A stretch of DNA of 64,000 nt from Chloroflexota bacterium (lineage in GTDB: Bacteria; Chloroflexota; UBA11872): the NCBI GenBank assembly GCA_965220135.1, contig OZ244802.1, positions 2,084,239 to 2,148,238 on the forward strand, given 5' to 3'. Of this stretch, positions 1 through 9,015 are shown one piece after another (positions within the stretch are counted from its first letter, which is position 1; the number at the start of each line of letters is the position of its first letter). Made by a program: the position numbers and the translations under genes. The notes beneath the pieces are model-generated. The model saw only the letters and a program-made list of their open reading frames with translations. It ran no database searches and had not been told where the DNA came from.

Positions 1-877
1 GATCCAGTGATGCGCTGCTTGTGACTCGATCGAGGGCGTGATTGACATCGCGTAAGAACTCTTCGCGCCGACGAAAGGCGTCGACACGGCAAGCCGAAAA
101 GAACCCGCCGTAGCGTCCAGGCGGGTGTTCAAGCGCCATGGGCATGGCGTTGAGTGTGGCGCCCAGCAGTTCGTGAACCAGGCCCAGGCCGTAACCGCGA
201 TGCTCGGCGATGGGTAGGAAAACTCCTTCGGCCATGGCCTGAGCCGGGTCACTGAGCGGACGCCCCTTGCTGTCAACCGCCCAGCCGTCCGGCAGGGGCT
301 GGCCGTCGGCTATCAATTCCCGCATGCGGCCAGTGGAGGCGGAGACTCCGAAGTCCACGACGATCGGCGGGCGCGGGTCGGCGGGAATCGCGTAGGACAG
401 GGGATTGTTACCTAGCACCCGCGAGGCGCCGCCCACCGGGGCGAACGACGGATCGGTGTAACAGCAGCAGTAACCAATCAGGCCGGCCTCAGTTGCGCGC
501 ATGCTGTAGAAGGCCGGGATGACCCAGTGCGGCATGTCGCGCAGCGAAGCCATCGCGGATCCCTGGGTTTGTGCCTTGGCGATGCAAGCGTCCATGGCCT
601 GGACGGCTCCCACCGGTCCCAGCGCCCCGTGCGCATCCAGGGCCGTAAAGGCCGGCAGGTCGGCCAGCACTTCGACCTCCGCGTCGGCCCGGGCCCGTCC
701 GGCGTCCAGGTCGCGTATCCGCAGGGCCAGCAACACGATTCCGTGGTGGCCGTGCCCGCGCAGATCCTGCTCGAGCATGACGTCAATGACCAGCGCGGCA
801 TCGGACTCGCTGACACCGCGGGTGGCCAGTGCCGCGAGACCGAACCGCCGCAGGGCGTTCAGCGCGACGGTGGTCAC
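1..877 (-). CDS. Ldh_2 family malate/L-lactate/sulfolactate-type dehydrogenase (3' end beyond window)
   Basis: My own minus-strand translation (a frame the ORF track missed) reads VTTVALNALRRFGLAALATRGVSESDAALVIDVMLEQDLRGHGHHGI...GGASRVLGNNPLSYAIPAD...PIAEHRGYGLGLVHELL. This is typical of the Ldh_2 family. The likely start is GTG at 877 and the ORF runs off the window at position 1. Confidence 0.6.
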   Translation of the reverse strand, partial: MTTVALNALRRFGLAALATRGVSESDAALVIDVMLEQDLRGHGHHGIVLLALRIRDLDAGRARADAEVEVLADLPAFTALDAHGALGPVGAVQAMDACIAKAQTQGSAMASLRDMPHWVIPAFYSMRATEAGLIGYCCCYTDPSFAPVGGASRVLGNNPLSYAIPADPRPPIVVDFGVSASTGRMRELIADGQPLPDGWAVDSKGRPLSDPAQAMAEGVFLPIAEHRGYGLGLVHELLGATLNAMPMALEHPPGRYGGFFSACRVDAFRRREEFLRDVNHALDRVTSSASLD

Positions 878-887
878 CGCGCGGGGC

Positions 888-1541
888 TCAGGCGGCGGAC
901 CAGACCGGGCGTCCGGCCTTGAAGCAGTACTCGTGATGCGGCGGCGCCACCAGGCCGGTGGCTTCCAGGAATGCGCGCGACGTGCCGGGCCCCATGAACT
1001 TGAAAGTCTTCTTCAGCGCGTTGATCTTGGCATTCGTGCTCGTCGGCAAGCCGAGCAGAAAGCTCTCGAAAGACCCGTCGCGGTCCTGGATCTCCTGCAC
1101 GCTCCGTGCGTTCTCGATGGCCGCGACGATCTTCCGCTCGCTGCGAATCACGCTGGGATCGTCGAGCAGACGGGCAATGTCGACGGACCCGTACGCAGCC
1201 ACCGCATCGATATCGAAACCGTGATAGGCGTCGTGAAGCGCCTCGTGCTTATTCCAAATCAGCGTCCAGCTGAGTCCGGCATGAAAAATCTCGAGAAGCA
1301 TGCGCCCAAAGTAGGCCGAATCGTTCTCGGGGCGTTCGCCCCACACGTCGTCGTGGTACTGGCGAAGCCCATCGTGGCGCTGTGCCCATTCGCAGCGACC
1401 GGTTTCACCAAGGGCCTCGCGGATTCGTGCATCGGCGAGATCCTCCGGCGTCATTGGCTTACGCAGCGGTACGCGGCGCGCGGAGAGACCGGGAGGCGCT
1501 GTTGGACTGGCCATCTGGCGATCCTCGATTCGGCGTTTCAC
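888..1541 (-). CDS. tag: DNA-3-methyladenine glycosylase I
   Basis: 217-aa ORF containing RCEWAQ, YHDDVWGERP, HAGLSW and C-terminal CFKAGRP, matching the Tag family. The true start is probably the internal ATG at 1454 (MTPEDL). Confidence 0.8.
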   Translation of the reverse strand: MKRRIEDRQMASPTAPPGLSARRVPLRKPMTPEDLADARIREALGETGRCEWAQRHDGLRQYHDDVWGERPENDSAYFGRMLLEIFHAGLSWTLIWNKHEALHDAYHGFDIDAVAAYGSVDIARLLDDPSVIRSERKIVAAIENARSVQEIQDRDGSFESFLLGLPTSTNAKINALKKTFKFMGPGTSRAFLEATGLVAPPHHEYCFKAGRPVWSAA

Positions 1542-1644
1542 CGCCGAGCGTAGCGACGCGGGCGATGTGTGCCAACGCGATGTTTCACGTGAAACATTCG
1601 TTCGCGCGGCGACGTCGCCTGGAATGCGCCGCGCCGGGCCCCAC

Positions 1645-2154
1645 TCAGTCGCCGTTGGGACCGAAGGTCGTGGCTTCCAGGTGCACGGCGACCTCGGTGA
1701 AACCGAGGTCGTGCCAGAAGTCGATGCTGGCGGCCACCGTGGCGTTGGCTGGAACCGTAACGGCCATGCGCGTCACGCCGGCGTCGCGCAAGGTCCGGCG
1801 CATCTGCCGGATCATGAAGGCGCCCAGCCCATGACGGCGCGAATCGGGGGCCACCCAGACCTCGGCCACGTGCGCCACGCCGCCGTCAAGGTGGAAGTTC
1901 GTGAGCGCCAGCGTGCGTCCGTCGCGCTCGTACATCCACAGCCAGGTCGGGCGCTCGTTCAGCCGGCGTCGAACACGCTCGGTGTACAACTCGTGCCATT
2001 CCAGGTGGCTCAGTTCGCTGGGGAAACTCTCGTTCCAGTACGCCACCATGGCGGCAAGGAAGCGCTCCCAGAGCTCACCGGAGCTTTGGGCGTCCACGCG
2101 CCGGATTTCACTGGCCGACCAGTTCACGGGTGCCCTCTCCTCGTCATGAGCCAA
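1645..2154 (-). CDS. GNAT family N-acetyltransferase
   Basis: 169 aa with an acetyl-CoA binding-like motif (VAEVWVAPDSRRHGLGAFM). The start overlaps the tyrS stop by a few nucleotides. Confidence 0.65.
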   Translation of the reverse strand: MAHDEERAPVNWSASEIRRVDAQSSGELWERFLAAMVAYWNESFPSELSHLEWHELYTERVRRRLNERPTWLWMYERDGRTLALTNFHLDGGVAHVAEVWVAPDSRRHGLGAFMIRQMRRTLRDAGVTRMAVTVPANATVAASIDFWHDLGFTEVAVHLEATTFGPNGD

Positions 2155-3382
2155 TCAGGATTCGGTGGTAGCGCTTCTTGCCGGAGCGCAGCAACAACTC
2201 ACCGTCCTGGAACGCGTCCGCGTGAAAGACCGTCTCGGGGCTGTCCACGCGCTGGTCGTTGGCGTAGGCGCCGCCTTGCGTAATCAGACGCCGCGCCGCT
2301 GAACGGGACGCGGCCAGGCCGGTAGTCAAAAGGAGTTCCACGATGCCCAGACCCGCGGCCAGCTGTTCCTCGGTCACTTGTGTCTGGGGCGCGGCCGCGG
2401 TGGACCCACTGTCACGCCCGAACAGCGCCCGCGCACTGTCGCGGGCCGCGGCGGCAGCCTCTCGACCGTGGACTCTGGCCGTGACCTCGTAGGCCAGCCG
2501 CTCCTTGGCACTTCGAATCTTCGCGCCGGGTAGCGCGGCCAGCTCGCGAACCTCGTCCATGGGCAGCGGCGTCAGCAGCGCCAGGGTGCGCTCCACCGAG
2601 GCATCCTCGATGTTGATCCAGTACTGAAAGAAGTCGTAGGGCGAGGTTAGTTGAGGGTCCAGCCACAGTGCGCCGTCGGCCGTTTTACCCATCTTCTGCC
2701 CCGAACTGGTCGTGAGCAGCGGCGTCACCAGGCCGAAGGCTTCCTCGCCCTCGATCCGCCGGATCAGGTCCACCCCCGCCAGGATGTTGGCCCACTGGTC
2801 GCTGCCTCCAATCTGGAGGGTGCAGCCATGTTCCCGAAACAGGTGCAGGAAGTCGTAGGCCTGCAGCAGGCGGTAGTTGATCTCGACGAAATTCAGGCCC
2901 TGCCCGCTTTCCAGGCGCGCGCGGTACGTCTCCGTCGCCAGGATCTCGTTGACGCTGAAATAGCGTCCGATGTCCCGTAGAAACTCGAGGTAGCGCAGTT
3001 CGGTCAGCCACTCGGCGTTATCGACAATTGCGACATCGGCCTGCTCGTTCTCGAAGATTCGGTCCACCTGGTGGCGGACGGCCCGAGTGTTGGCGGCCAC
3101 GAGTTCGGCGCTGAGCAAATTACGGGTCTCGGCCCGGTCGGTCGGGTCGCCGATCAGTCCCGTGCCGCCGCCCGCCAGCAGCACCGGGTGGTGGCCGGCC
3201 TGCGCCAGGTGCGCCGCGAGCGCGAGTGGGATCAGGTGGCCGGTGTGCAAGCTCGGGGCCGTCGGATCGAATCCCACGTAAAACACGCAGGGCCGATCTA
3301 GGGCGGCGCGCAACCCATCGGCGTTTGAGACCGAATGGATGAACCCGCGGTCGGCGAGTGTCTGGTAGAGCGAAGTTTCCAC
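2144..3382 (-). CDS. tyrS: tyrosine--tRNA ligase
   Basis: 412 aa with a HIGH motif (HTGHL), a KMSKS motif (KMGKT) and a C-terminal S4-like domain. The start appears to be GTG at 3382. Confidence 0.9.
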   Translation of the reverse strand: METSLYQTLADRGFIHSVSNADGLRAALDRPCVFYVGFDPTAPSLHTGHLIPLALAAHLAQAGHHPVLLAGGGTGLIGDPTDRAETRNLLSAELVAANTRAVRHQVDRIFENEQADVAIVDNAEWLTELRYLEFLRDIGRYFSVNEILATETYRARLESGQGLNFVEINYRLLQAYDFLHLFREHGCTLQIGGSDQWANILAGVDLIRRIEGEEAFGLVTPLLTTSSGQKMGKTADGALWLDPQLTSPYDFFQYWINIEDASVERTLALLTPLPMDEVRELAALPGAKIRSAKERLAYEVTARVHGREAAAAARDSARALFGRDSGSTAAAPQTQVTEEQLAAGLGIVELLLTTGLAASRSAARRLITQGGAYANDQRVDSPETVFHADAFQDGELLLRSGKKRYHRILIGS

Positions 3383-3578
3383 GGGACCGTTCGAGGAGGG
3401 AGTGGCATCGATTGTGATGCCAGACGGACGTTGCGGGCTATCGGACCGGGTGCGGCCGGACCCGTGCGCCGGGACCGAGCCCCCAATAGCTTACGACGAG
3501 CGTACTGCCGTGCCGCGGAGTCGTTGGGACGTCGAACGCTTCATGGCGTGCCGCGGAGCCTTGCCGTGGCGCCAACGA

Positions 3579-4907
3579 TCAACTCTTGGCGATCTGGATA
3601 GCCCTTTTCACGCAGACTTCGCGGTAGAGGCGCCTGGCCAGACGTTCGATGGCCTCCGCGCCCTCCCCGGCAACCGCGGCGCGCCTGGTTTCGATGCGGA
3701 CGAGCAAGGTCTCGTGGAGCGACTGATCGGTGGCGGCAATCAGTGCGATCCAGGTCTCGGCCTCCCGTTGCAGCGCGCGTGCCTCCGCTTCCAGACAATC
3801 CTGGGCGTCGTCGCCAAGCTGGCCGAGCTTGTAGTCCTCGAAGTGTCGAAGTTCGTGCGCCAGCACCGCCGCGAGAGGGATCGGGTCTTCAGCACGTAAG
3901 CCGTCGTTGACCCGAATGCCCAGCGCGGGATTAAACGAGGCCAGCACTCCTTCGGTCATCGATTCGAATTCAATGGCGAGTTGATCACGTTCCGCCAGCT
4001 CCAGCGCGGCTGCGTTGGCGTCCACGCTCTCCAGCAGCGCCAGCGCCGTGCGCAGGAGGTGGTTGGTCGTGTTGTACGTGCGCAACGCGACCCTGGCCGG
4101 AACGAGGCCGGCCGCCTCGGGCGGATCCAGACGGACATCCAGCACCGCGCTCTGGTCCGAGGCGTGCGGCGTCGCCAGCAGATCGTCTGGCAACGCGAGA
4201 TCGCGGTAGATATCGCCCGCGTTCACCAGCACGACCGAGCCAACCGGTTGCCCTCCCTCCACCTCCTCCACCCAGTGCTGCAGCGCCGTCCGTTGGAAGC
4301 GTTGAACCACGAACGGTCCCAATCGCACCGGACGCGACATCGGCAAGCCGTGAAACTCAATGCTGGCGTCCAGATTTCCGAGCTCCAGCGGATTGTTGGC
4401 AAAGGTCTCGGCTATGGCTCGGTCCGTCAGCCAGGCCAGCCGTGCCTGTCGCGCAAACTCGGGCGGACGGGACGGTGGTGCTTCGGCCGCGGGAATGTGA
4501 CGCGCCTCGAGTTCAGCGGCAAATCCACTGCGGTTGAGGAGCTCGAAGAGGTTGGCAATCCCCACCCGATCGTCCGAGGGCGACCACTGAAGCAGGGCAC
4601 GCTGTGTCAGTTGATAGGCGAAGCCACCGTCGTCAATCCAGGGCCGCGACACCGCGGGTCCGAGCGTCCGGGCGCCGCCGAAACGAAGAAATGCATCGTA
4701 GAAGGCCGGGCCGTCGACGTAATTTCGGAGTGCGAATCCAAGGCCGTCCGTATCCCCGGGCTGGAAGAAGGCGCCGCCCGTCACCGGCGTGGCGTTCGGC
4801 GGCGGTGCGGCGGCGGCCTGTCCGGCGCCCGCCAACAGCAGCCCGACCGCCAGGGCCAATGCAATAACGCGCTGGCTGGCTCGGGCGCACGGCGACAGTG
4901 ACGGCAC
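3579..4907 (-). CDS. secreted hypothetical protein with an HExxH-like motif (putative metallopeptidase-like)
   Basis: 442 aa with an N-terminal signal peptide (MPSLSPCARASQRVIALALAVGLLLAGAGQAAA). The C-terminal region carries HELRHFED, which resembles a zinc-binding HExxH...E motif. No confident family assignment. Confidence 0.45.
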   Translation of the reverse strand: MPSLSPCARASQRVIALALAVGLLLAGAGQAAAAPPPNATPVTGGAFFQPGDTDGLGFALRNYVDGPAFYDAFLRFGGARTLGPAVSRPWIDDGGFAYQLTQRALLQWSPSDDRVGIANLFELLNRSGFAAELEARHIPAAEAPPSRPPEFARQARLAWLTDRAIAETFANNPLELGNLDASIEFHGLPMSRPVRLGPFVVQRFQRTALQHWVEEVEGGQPVGSVVLVNAGDIYRDLALPDDLLATPHASDQSAVLDVRLDPPEAAGLVPARVALRTYNTTNHLLRTALALLESVDANAAALELAERDQLAIEFESMTEGVLASFNPALGIRVNDGLRAEDPIPLAAVLAHELRHFEDYKLGQLGDDAQDCLEAEARALQREAETWIALIAATDQSLHETLLVRIETRRAAVAGEGAEAIERLARRLYREVCVKRAIQIAKS

Positions 4908-4978
4908 GGCTAAATCCTGGGGGCCTTCGAGTGCAAGAACGAAGATTCCGGGCGGCGGCGTTACGCTACCGTGCAGAG

Positions 4979-6058
4979 ATGCATAGCGAACACACGCCGC
5001 TCAAACTTACCCGGTACGCCCACGGCGCCGGCTGAGCCTGCAAGCTCAGCCCTGACGAGCTGGCGCACGTGCTGCGCCTGATGCCGCCGATGGTGTCGCC
5101 CGACCTGCTGGTCGGGGGGCAGGGCATGGACGACGCCGCCGTGTTCCGGCTTCGCGACGACCTAGCCGTTGCCCTTACGACGGACGTCTTTACGCCGATT
5201 GTGGATGACGCCTATAGCTTTGGCGCCATCGCCGCCGCGAACGCCCTGAGCGACCTCTACGCCATGGGCGCCACGCCAATCCTGGCGCTCAACATTGCCG
5301 GCTGGCCGCGCGGAACGCTGCCGCTGGATCTGCTGGCCGAGGTGCAGCAGGGCGCCGCTGACAAGGTGCGGGAAGCCGGGGCGGTGATTGGCGGCGGGCA
5401 TTCGATCGACGATCCCGAGCCCAAGTTCGGCCTGGCGGTGCTCGGAACCGTGGATCCGGACGCCGTCAGCACGAACGCGGGAGCGCGTCCGGACGATCTG
5501 CTGGTGCTGACGAAGCCGCTGGGTACCGGGATCATCACAACCGCCGGCAAGTTCGACGCCGCCAGCCAGGCCGCGCTGGATGCAGCGGTCGAGTCCATGA
5601 CCACACTCAATGCGGCAGCGGCCAGGGCCGCCAGCGATCATGGCGCGCACGCCGTAACCGACGTGACGGGCTACGGCCTGCTGGGTCACTTGCGCGAGAT
5701 GCTGAACGCCAGCGGCGTCTCGGCTGAGGTTTACGCCGACAGAATCCCAACGCTGCCGGAGGTCTGGTCGCTGATTGCCGCCGATGAGGTTCCTGGCGGA
5801 ACGGAGCGCAACTTGGCCTCGCTGGAAGGCGATGTTCGCTGGCACGCGGCGGTGGATCGGCCCGCGCGTCTTCTGCTGGCCGATGCGCAAACGAGCGGCG
5901 GGCTGCTGATTGCGATTCCGCCGGAGGACGAAGCCGCGCTGCGGCATGCCCTTGAGCACGCCGGTGCACCGGCGGCCACCGTGGGCCGGATTACCGCACG
6001 AGACACATACTTGATGTACGTTCGCCCGATGGACACCCTCGACGACAACGATGACTAA
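4979..6058 (+). CDS. selD: selenide, water dikinase (selenophosphate synthetase), selenocysteine-containing (in-frame TGA at 5033-5035)
   Basis: The track ORF 5069..6058 is SelD lacking its N-terminus. Reading upstream in the same frame gives ATG(4979) MHSEHTPLKLTRYAHGAG-U(TGA)-ACKLSPDELAHVLRLMPPMVSPDLLVGGQGMDDAAV. This aligns with E. coli SelD [30 protein letters not shown]...DPNLLVGNETRDDAAV, with the TGA at the catalytic Cys17 position. Downstream motif GYGLLGHL is also present. Confidence 0.85.
5036..5080 (+). promoter_or_regulatory. candidate bacterial SECIS hairpin downstream of the selD UGA
   Basis: A GC-rich hairpin GGCGCA-CGUGC-UGCGCC (5062-5078) lies about 27 nt 3' of the UGA, with GU in the apical loop. 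A second palindrome, GCUGAGC...GCUCAGC (5031-5050), spans the UGA itself. Confidence 0.35.
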
Positions 6059-7268
6059 GCGCTCGCCGCGCATCCTGCTCTATACCGGCAAGGGGGGCGT
6101 GGGTAAGACCAGCGTGGCCGCGGCGGCGGCGCTGCGCTGCGCCGACGCCGGCCTGCGAACCGTCGTGCTCAGCACCGACACCGCGCATAGCCTGGGCGAC
6201 TCGCTGGACACCCCGTTGGGACCGGTTCCCAAGCCCGTGGTTGACAACCTGTGGGCGCAGGAATGCGACGTGTACTACAACCTTGAAACGTATTGGGGCA
6301 CGGTGCAGAACTGGGTGGAAGCCGTGCTGACTTGGCGCGGCATGGACAACGTGCTGGCCGATGAAATTGCCGTCTTTCCGGGCATGGAGGAACTGGCCAA
6401 CCTGCTCTGGGTGAACCGGCACGCTTCCTCGGGCGAGTACGACGTGGTGGTGGTGGACTGCGCACCCACGGGCGAGACCCTGCGGTTGCTGGCGTTCCCG
6501 GAAGTCGGCCGCTGGTGGCTGGACAAACTGCTGCCCATCAACCGCCACCTGGCCCGCATGGTGCGGCCGATGGCCCGCCGCGTCACCGACCTGCCGCTGC
6601 CCGAGGACGACGTTTTCGAGGCCATGACCGACTTGGTGGACGAATTGCAGCAGCTGCACGACACCCTGACCGCCTCAAACACCACAACCGTGCGCCTGGT
6701 GGTTAACCCCGAGCGCATGGTGATCCGGGAGGCCCAGCGCAGCTACACCTACCTGACCCTGTACGACCACATCACCGACGCGGTGATTGTGAACCGCGTG
6801 GTGCCCGAGGAGGCCGAGGGGCGCTTCGCCGAGCAGCGCCGTGCCATGCAGGCGCCCTACCTGGGTGACATCCACGCCATGTTCGACCCAATCCCGATTC
6901 TGCAGGTCCATCAGTTCGCCGAGGAAGTGGTTGGGCTAGAGCGCCTTCGCGTCATGGGCGCCCAGATGCACGCCACCTGCGCACCGGCGGAGCGGCTGAT
7001 CGACTACAAGCCGTACGAAATTGCGGAGGTGAAGGGCGGCTTTGAATTCCGCATCCCCGCGCCGTTTCTGGAGAAGTCCAACGCTTCCCTCATTCGTCGC
7101 GGGGACGAGTTGGTCATCCGCATGGGCGCCGCCCGCCGCAACATCGTGCTGCCGCGCGTGCTGGCCCGGATGACCCACAGCGGCGCCCGCCTGGAGGACG
7201 GTCAACTCCGCATCCGCTTTTCGCCGCGCCAGCCAACCGCGTCGGCCGCCCGGAGCCCCAGCGACTAG
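6051..7268 (+). CDS. ArsA/GET3-family anion-transporting ATPase with C-terminal HSP20-like domain
   Basis: 405 aa with a P-loop (GKGGVGKTSVAAA) and DTAHSL, typical of the ArsA family. The C-terminal roughly 100 aa is ArsA_HSP20-like. The start ATGA overlaps the selD stop, indicating translational coupling. Confidence 0.75.
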   Translation: MTKRSPRILLYTGKGGVGKTSVAAAAALRCADAGLRTVVLSTDTAHSLGDSLDTPLGPVPKPVVDNLWAQECDVYYNLETYWGTVQNWVEAVLTWRGMDNVLADEIAVFPGMEELANLLWVNRHASSGEYDVVVVDCAPTGETLRLLAFPEVGRWWLDKLLPINRHLARMVRPMARRVTDLPLPEDDVFEAMTDLVDELQQLHDTLTASNTTTVRLVVNPERMVIREAQRSYTYLTLYDHITDAVIVNRVVPEEAEGRFAEQRRAMQAPYLGDIHAMFDPIPILQVHQFAEEVVGLERLRVMGAQMHATCAPAERLIDYKPYEIAEVKGGFEFRIPAPFLEKSNASLIRRGDELVIRMGAARRNIVLPRVLARMTHSGARLEDGQLRIRFSPRQPTASAARSPSD

Positions 7269-7292
7269 CGCGCCGCCGCCGCCCCTATCCCC

Positions 7293-7685
7293 GTGATCGC
7301 CAGGGCAATCACCAACGAGACCGTTGATCGTCGGACGGTGGCCGGGGCCACGCGGGTGTTCTCGACGCACGCGGCCGGCGCTCAGCACATGGCCTCCTAC
7401 GTACTCAAGCCCAACGTCGCCTGGGCGCTGTCGGAGTTGTTGGATGAGAAGTCCAAGGACATGACCATCGAGGAAGTGGCCATCGCGCCCGAGAGTTCAT
7501 ACGTCGGCCGAACCATTGGCGAGGTTGGGCTGCGTCAGCATGGTGTGGAAGTCTTGGCGGTTGGGCGCGACGGCGGACAGCAGTTTCTGCCGGCCCGCGA
7601 CGAGGAGCTTCAACCGGACGATGTGCTGGTGATGATTGGACCTCCACGCAACGTGCAGCAGTTTGCCGAGCAGGCCGGCGAATGA
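7293..7685 (+). CDS. TrkA-C (RCK_C) domain protein
   Basis: 130 aa; the C-terminal 70 aa (EVAIAPESSYVGRTIGEVGL...VLVMIGPPRNVQQF) matches the TrkA_C regulatory domain. The start is uncertain (alternative ATG at 7389). Confidence 0.5.
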   Translation: MIARAITNETVDRRTVAGATRVFSTHAAGAQHMASYVLKPNVAWALSELLDEKSKDMTIEEVAIAPESSYVGRTIGEVGLRQHGVEVLAVGRDGGQQFLPARDEELQPDDVLVMIGPPRNVQQFAEQAGE

Positions 7686-7730
7686 CGGTGGCGGCGATGG
7701 TGCCGCCCGCGCTGGGGACGACTCCTTCCT

Positions 7731-8747
7731 ATGCTGGCAGGCATAGGATGCGGTCAACCAAGCGAGACGGTCCGACACGCGAAGCCGGACGTGACCGTTG
7801 GGCCTCGTCGCAGAGGTCGGATGACTAGCGACCGTCCGGTCCTGACTGCCGTGCCCGTGGAAACGTCATCCAAAGCGACGTCGGACGCTGCCATTGCACG
7901 GAGTCCCCGAGCCTACGGACCGACCAATGAGTATCGCTCCAACCGACGGCGCGCCTGGGCTGCCAGCTTGCTAATCGGTCTCAGCACTGTTCTCTTCGCC
8001 TCCGGCTTGCTTGTCTTTGGTCTGATCAATGTCGGGTTAGGCATTACGTTGGCGAGGCAGGGTGTTGACGCCTACAACTCCATGGTCCTCTCGGCAGTTA
8101 CTTGGGCGGCCGAACTGGGCACGGTCATGGCCATTGGTGCGCTGGTCATGGCGGTGGCGGGGCTTGCGTTCTTGAGTTGGCTGGCTCGATCAATAAAGAA
8201 CCTGCACGCCCTTGCGGTCCCCGGCCATCGCCGGCAGGCGGCGTGGTCCGCTATCCCGTTGTTCGCACTCTCCCCGGCGCTGCTTGGGGCCTTCATCGTG
8301 GTCAGCTATGCCTACCCGGAGTCAACAGCGTTGCAAGTGGCGCTGTACGTGGCGGCGGTCGCCAGCCTCGTCAATCCTCTGATTCTGATACGACGCCTTT
8401 GGGCGGCCAGCTTCCCGGACGCCGCAGATGCGTCGGTTGCGCCGGTGTGGCGTGGCGTATGGGTTTGGTGGGGAGCCTATCTAGTTGGTTGGATCGCCGT
8501 GGGTCTCTCTCCGCTGCCGCAATCTGTGAATAGGAGCACCGCTGACGACGCAGTGATTAGTGCTATAGCCAGCGGCTTCCTTGAAATGGCAGCGGCGATG
8601 TGTCTGGTCGTAGCAGCAGTATTGATCGTTCGCATCATGTTCAGCGTCAACGCCATGCAGAAGACCCGCGCCAGCGTCGTGCCACAGCCAGATCTCAGGC
8701 GCGGCCGACGACCGGTTGCGCCCGCAAAACCCTCGGCCACGCAATGA
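7731..8747 (+). CDS. polytopic membrane protein, paralogue 1 of 3 (DUF4328-like family; family name not certain)
   Basis: Multiple TM helices. It shares motifs with the two downstream ORFs: DAYxxxV, FLxWLxRSxxN, LVNPLILIRRLWAAS/LAGPLVVIRRLWVAS, VWVWWGAY/VLVWWAAF and RIMFxxNAMQ. The likely start is the ATG at 7821. Confidence 0.6.
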   Translation: MLAGIGCGQPSETVRHAKPDVTVGPRRRGRMTSDRPVLTAVPVETSSKATSDAAIARSPRAYGPTNEYRSNRRRAWAASLLIGLSTVLFASGLLVFGLINVGLGITLARQGVDAYNSMVLSAVTWAAELGTVMAIGALVMAVAGLAFLSWLARSIKNLHALAVPGHRRQAAWSAIPLFALSPALLGAFIVVSYAYPESTALQVALYVAAVASLVNPLILIRRLWAASFPDAADASVAPVWRGVWVWWGAYLVGWIAVGLSPLPQSVNRSTADDAVISAIASGFLEMAAAMCLVVAAVLIVRIMFSVNAMQKTRASVVPQPDLRRGRRPVAPAKPSATQ

Positions 8748-8822
8748 CAGGGCCACTCCTGCGACAGCATGCATCCGACCGCCCTGCGGTTCTGTCAGAA
8801 TTGCTCGCGCGAACGGGGCTGA
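8748..8822 (+). pseudogene. decayed C-terminal zinc-ribbon tail of paralogue 1 (after an in-frame TGA)
   Basis: In frame after the TGA at 8745, the sequence reads QGHSCDSMHPTALRFCQNCSRERG*. This aligns with the paralogue-2 C-terminus QWQCGACDVMNPTALRFCQNCASERQ*. The TGA replaces the Trp codon, and the first Cys is lost. Confidence 0.45.
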
Positions 8823-9015
8823 GTGCGTAGGCGCTTGTGGGCTGTCTGACTGCGTGGCGAAGTGCTGGTCATGGAATGCTCGTTCTTAAGCTCCATCAAG
8901 GGGTTGCTACGGATGCCACCGCGGTGCCTGGGTCGTTTGCAACCGCCTCCGTTCGCGGCAAGCGAGTCCACTATCACTTGGAGGAGTCCCAACTCAGGCT
9001 CCGAGAAGCCGGCAG

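Noticed and set aside
519-1553. 344-aa + strand ORF, the 478..816 minus-strand ORF, and many similar long ORFs antisense to real genes (e.g. 11213..12595, 14675..15952, 27354..28589, 38873..39544, 40444..41652, 60336..61847, 62040..63110).
   Set aside because: They lie opposite or out of frame to genes with strong family signatures (Tag, Ugd, SBP, lpd, the GH-ligase, polA). Their translations are Arg/Pro/Ala-rich with no motifs. This is typical of spurious open frames in 68%-GC DNA.
3383-3578. Possible T-box riboswitch upstream of tyrS.
   Set aside because: I could not find the conserved T-box sequence (AGGGUGGNACCGCG) or a specifier-loop arrangement by eye. It is kept only as a low-interest note on the duplicated 11-mer.
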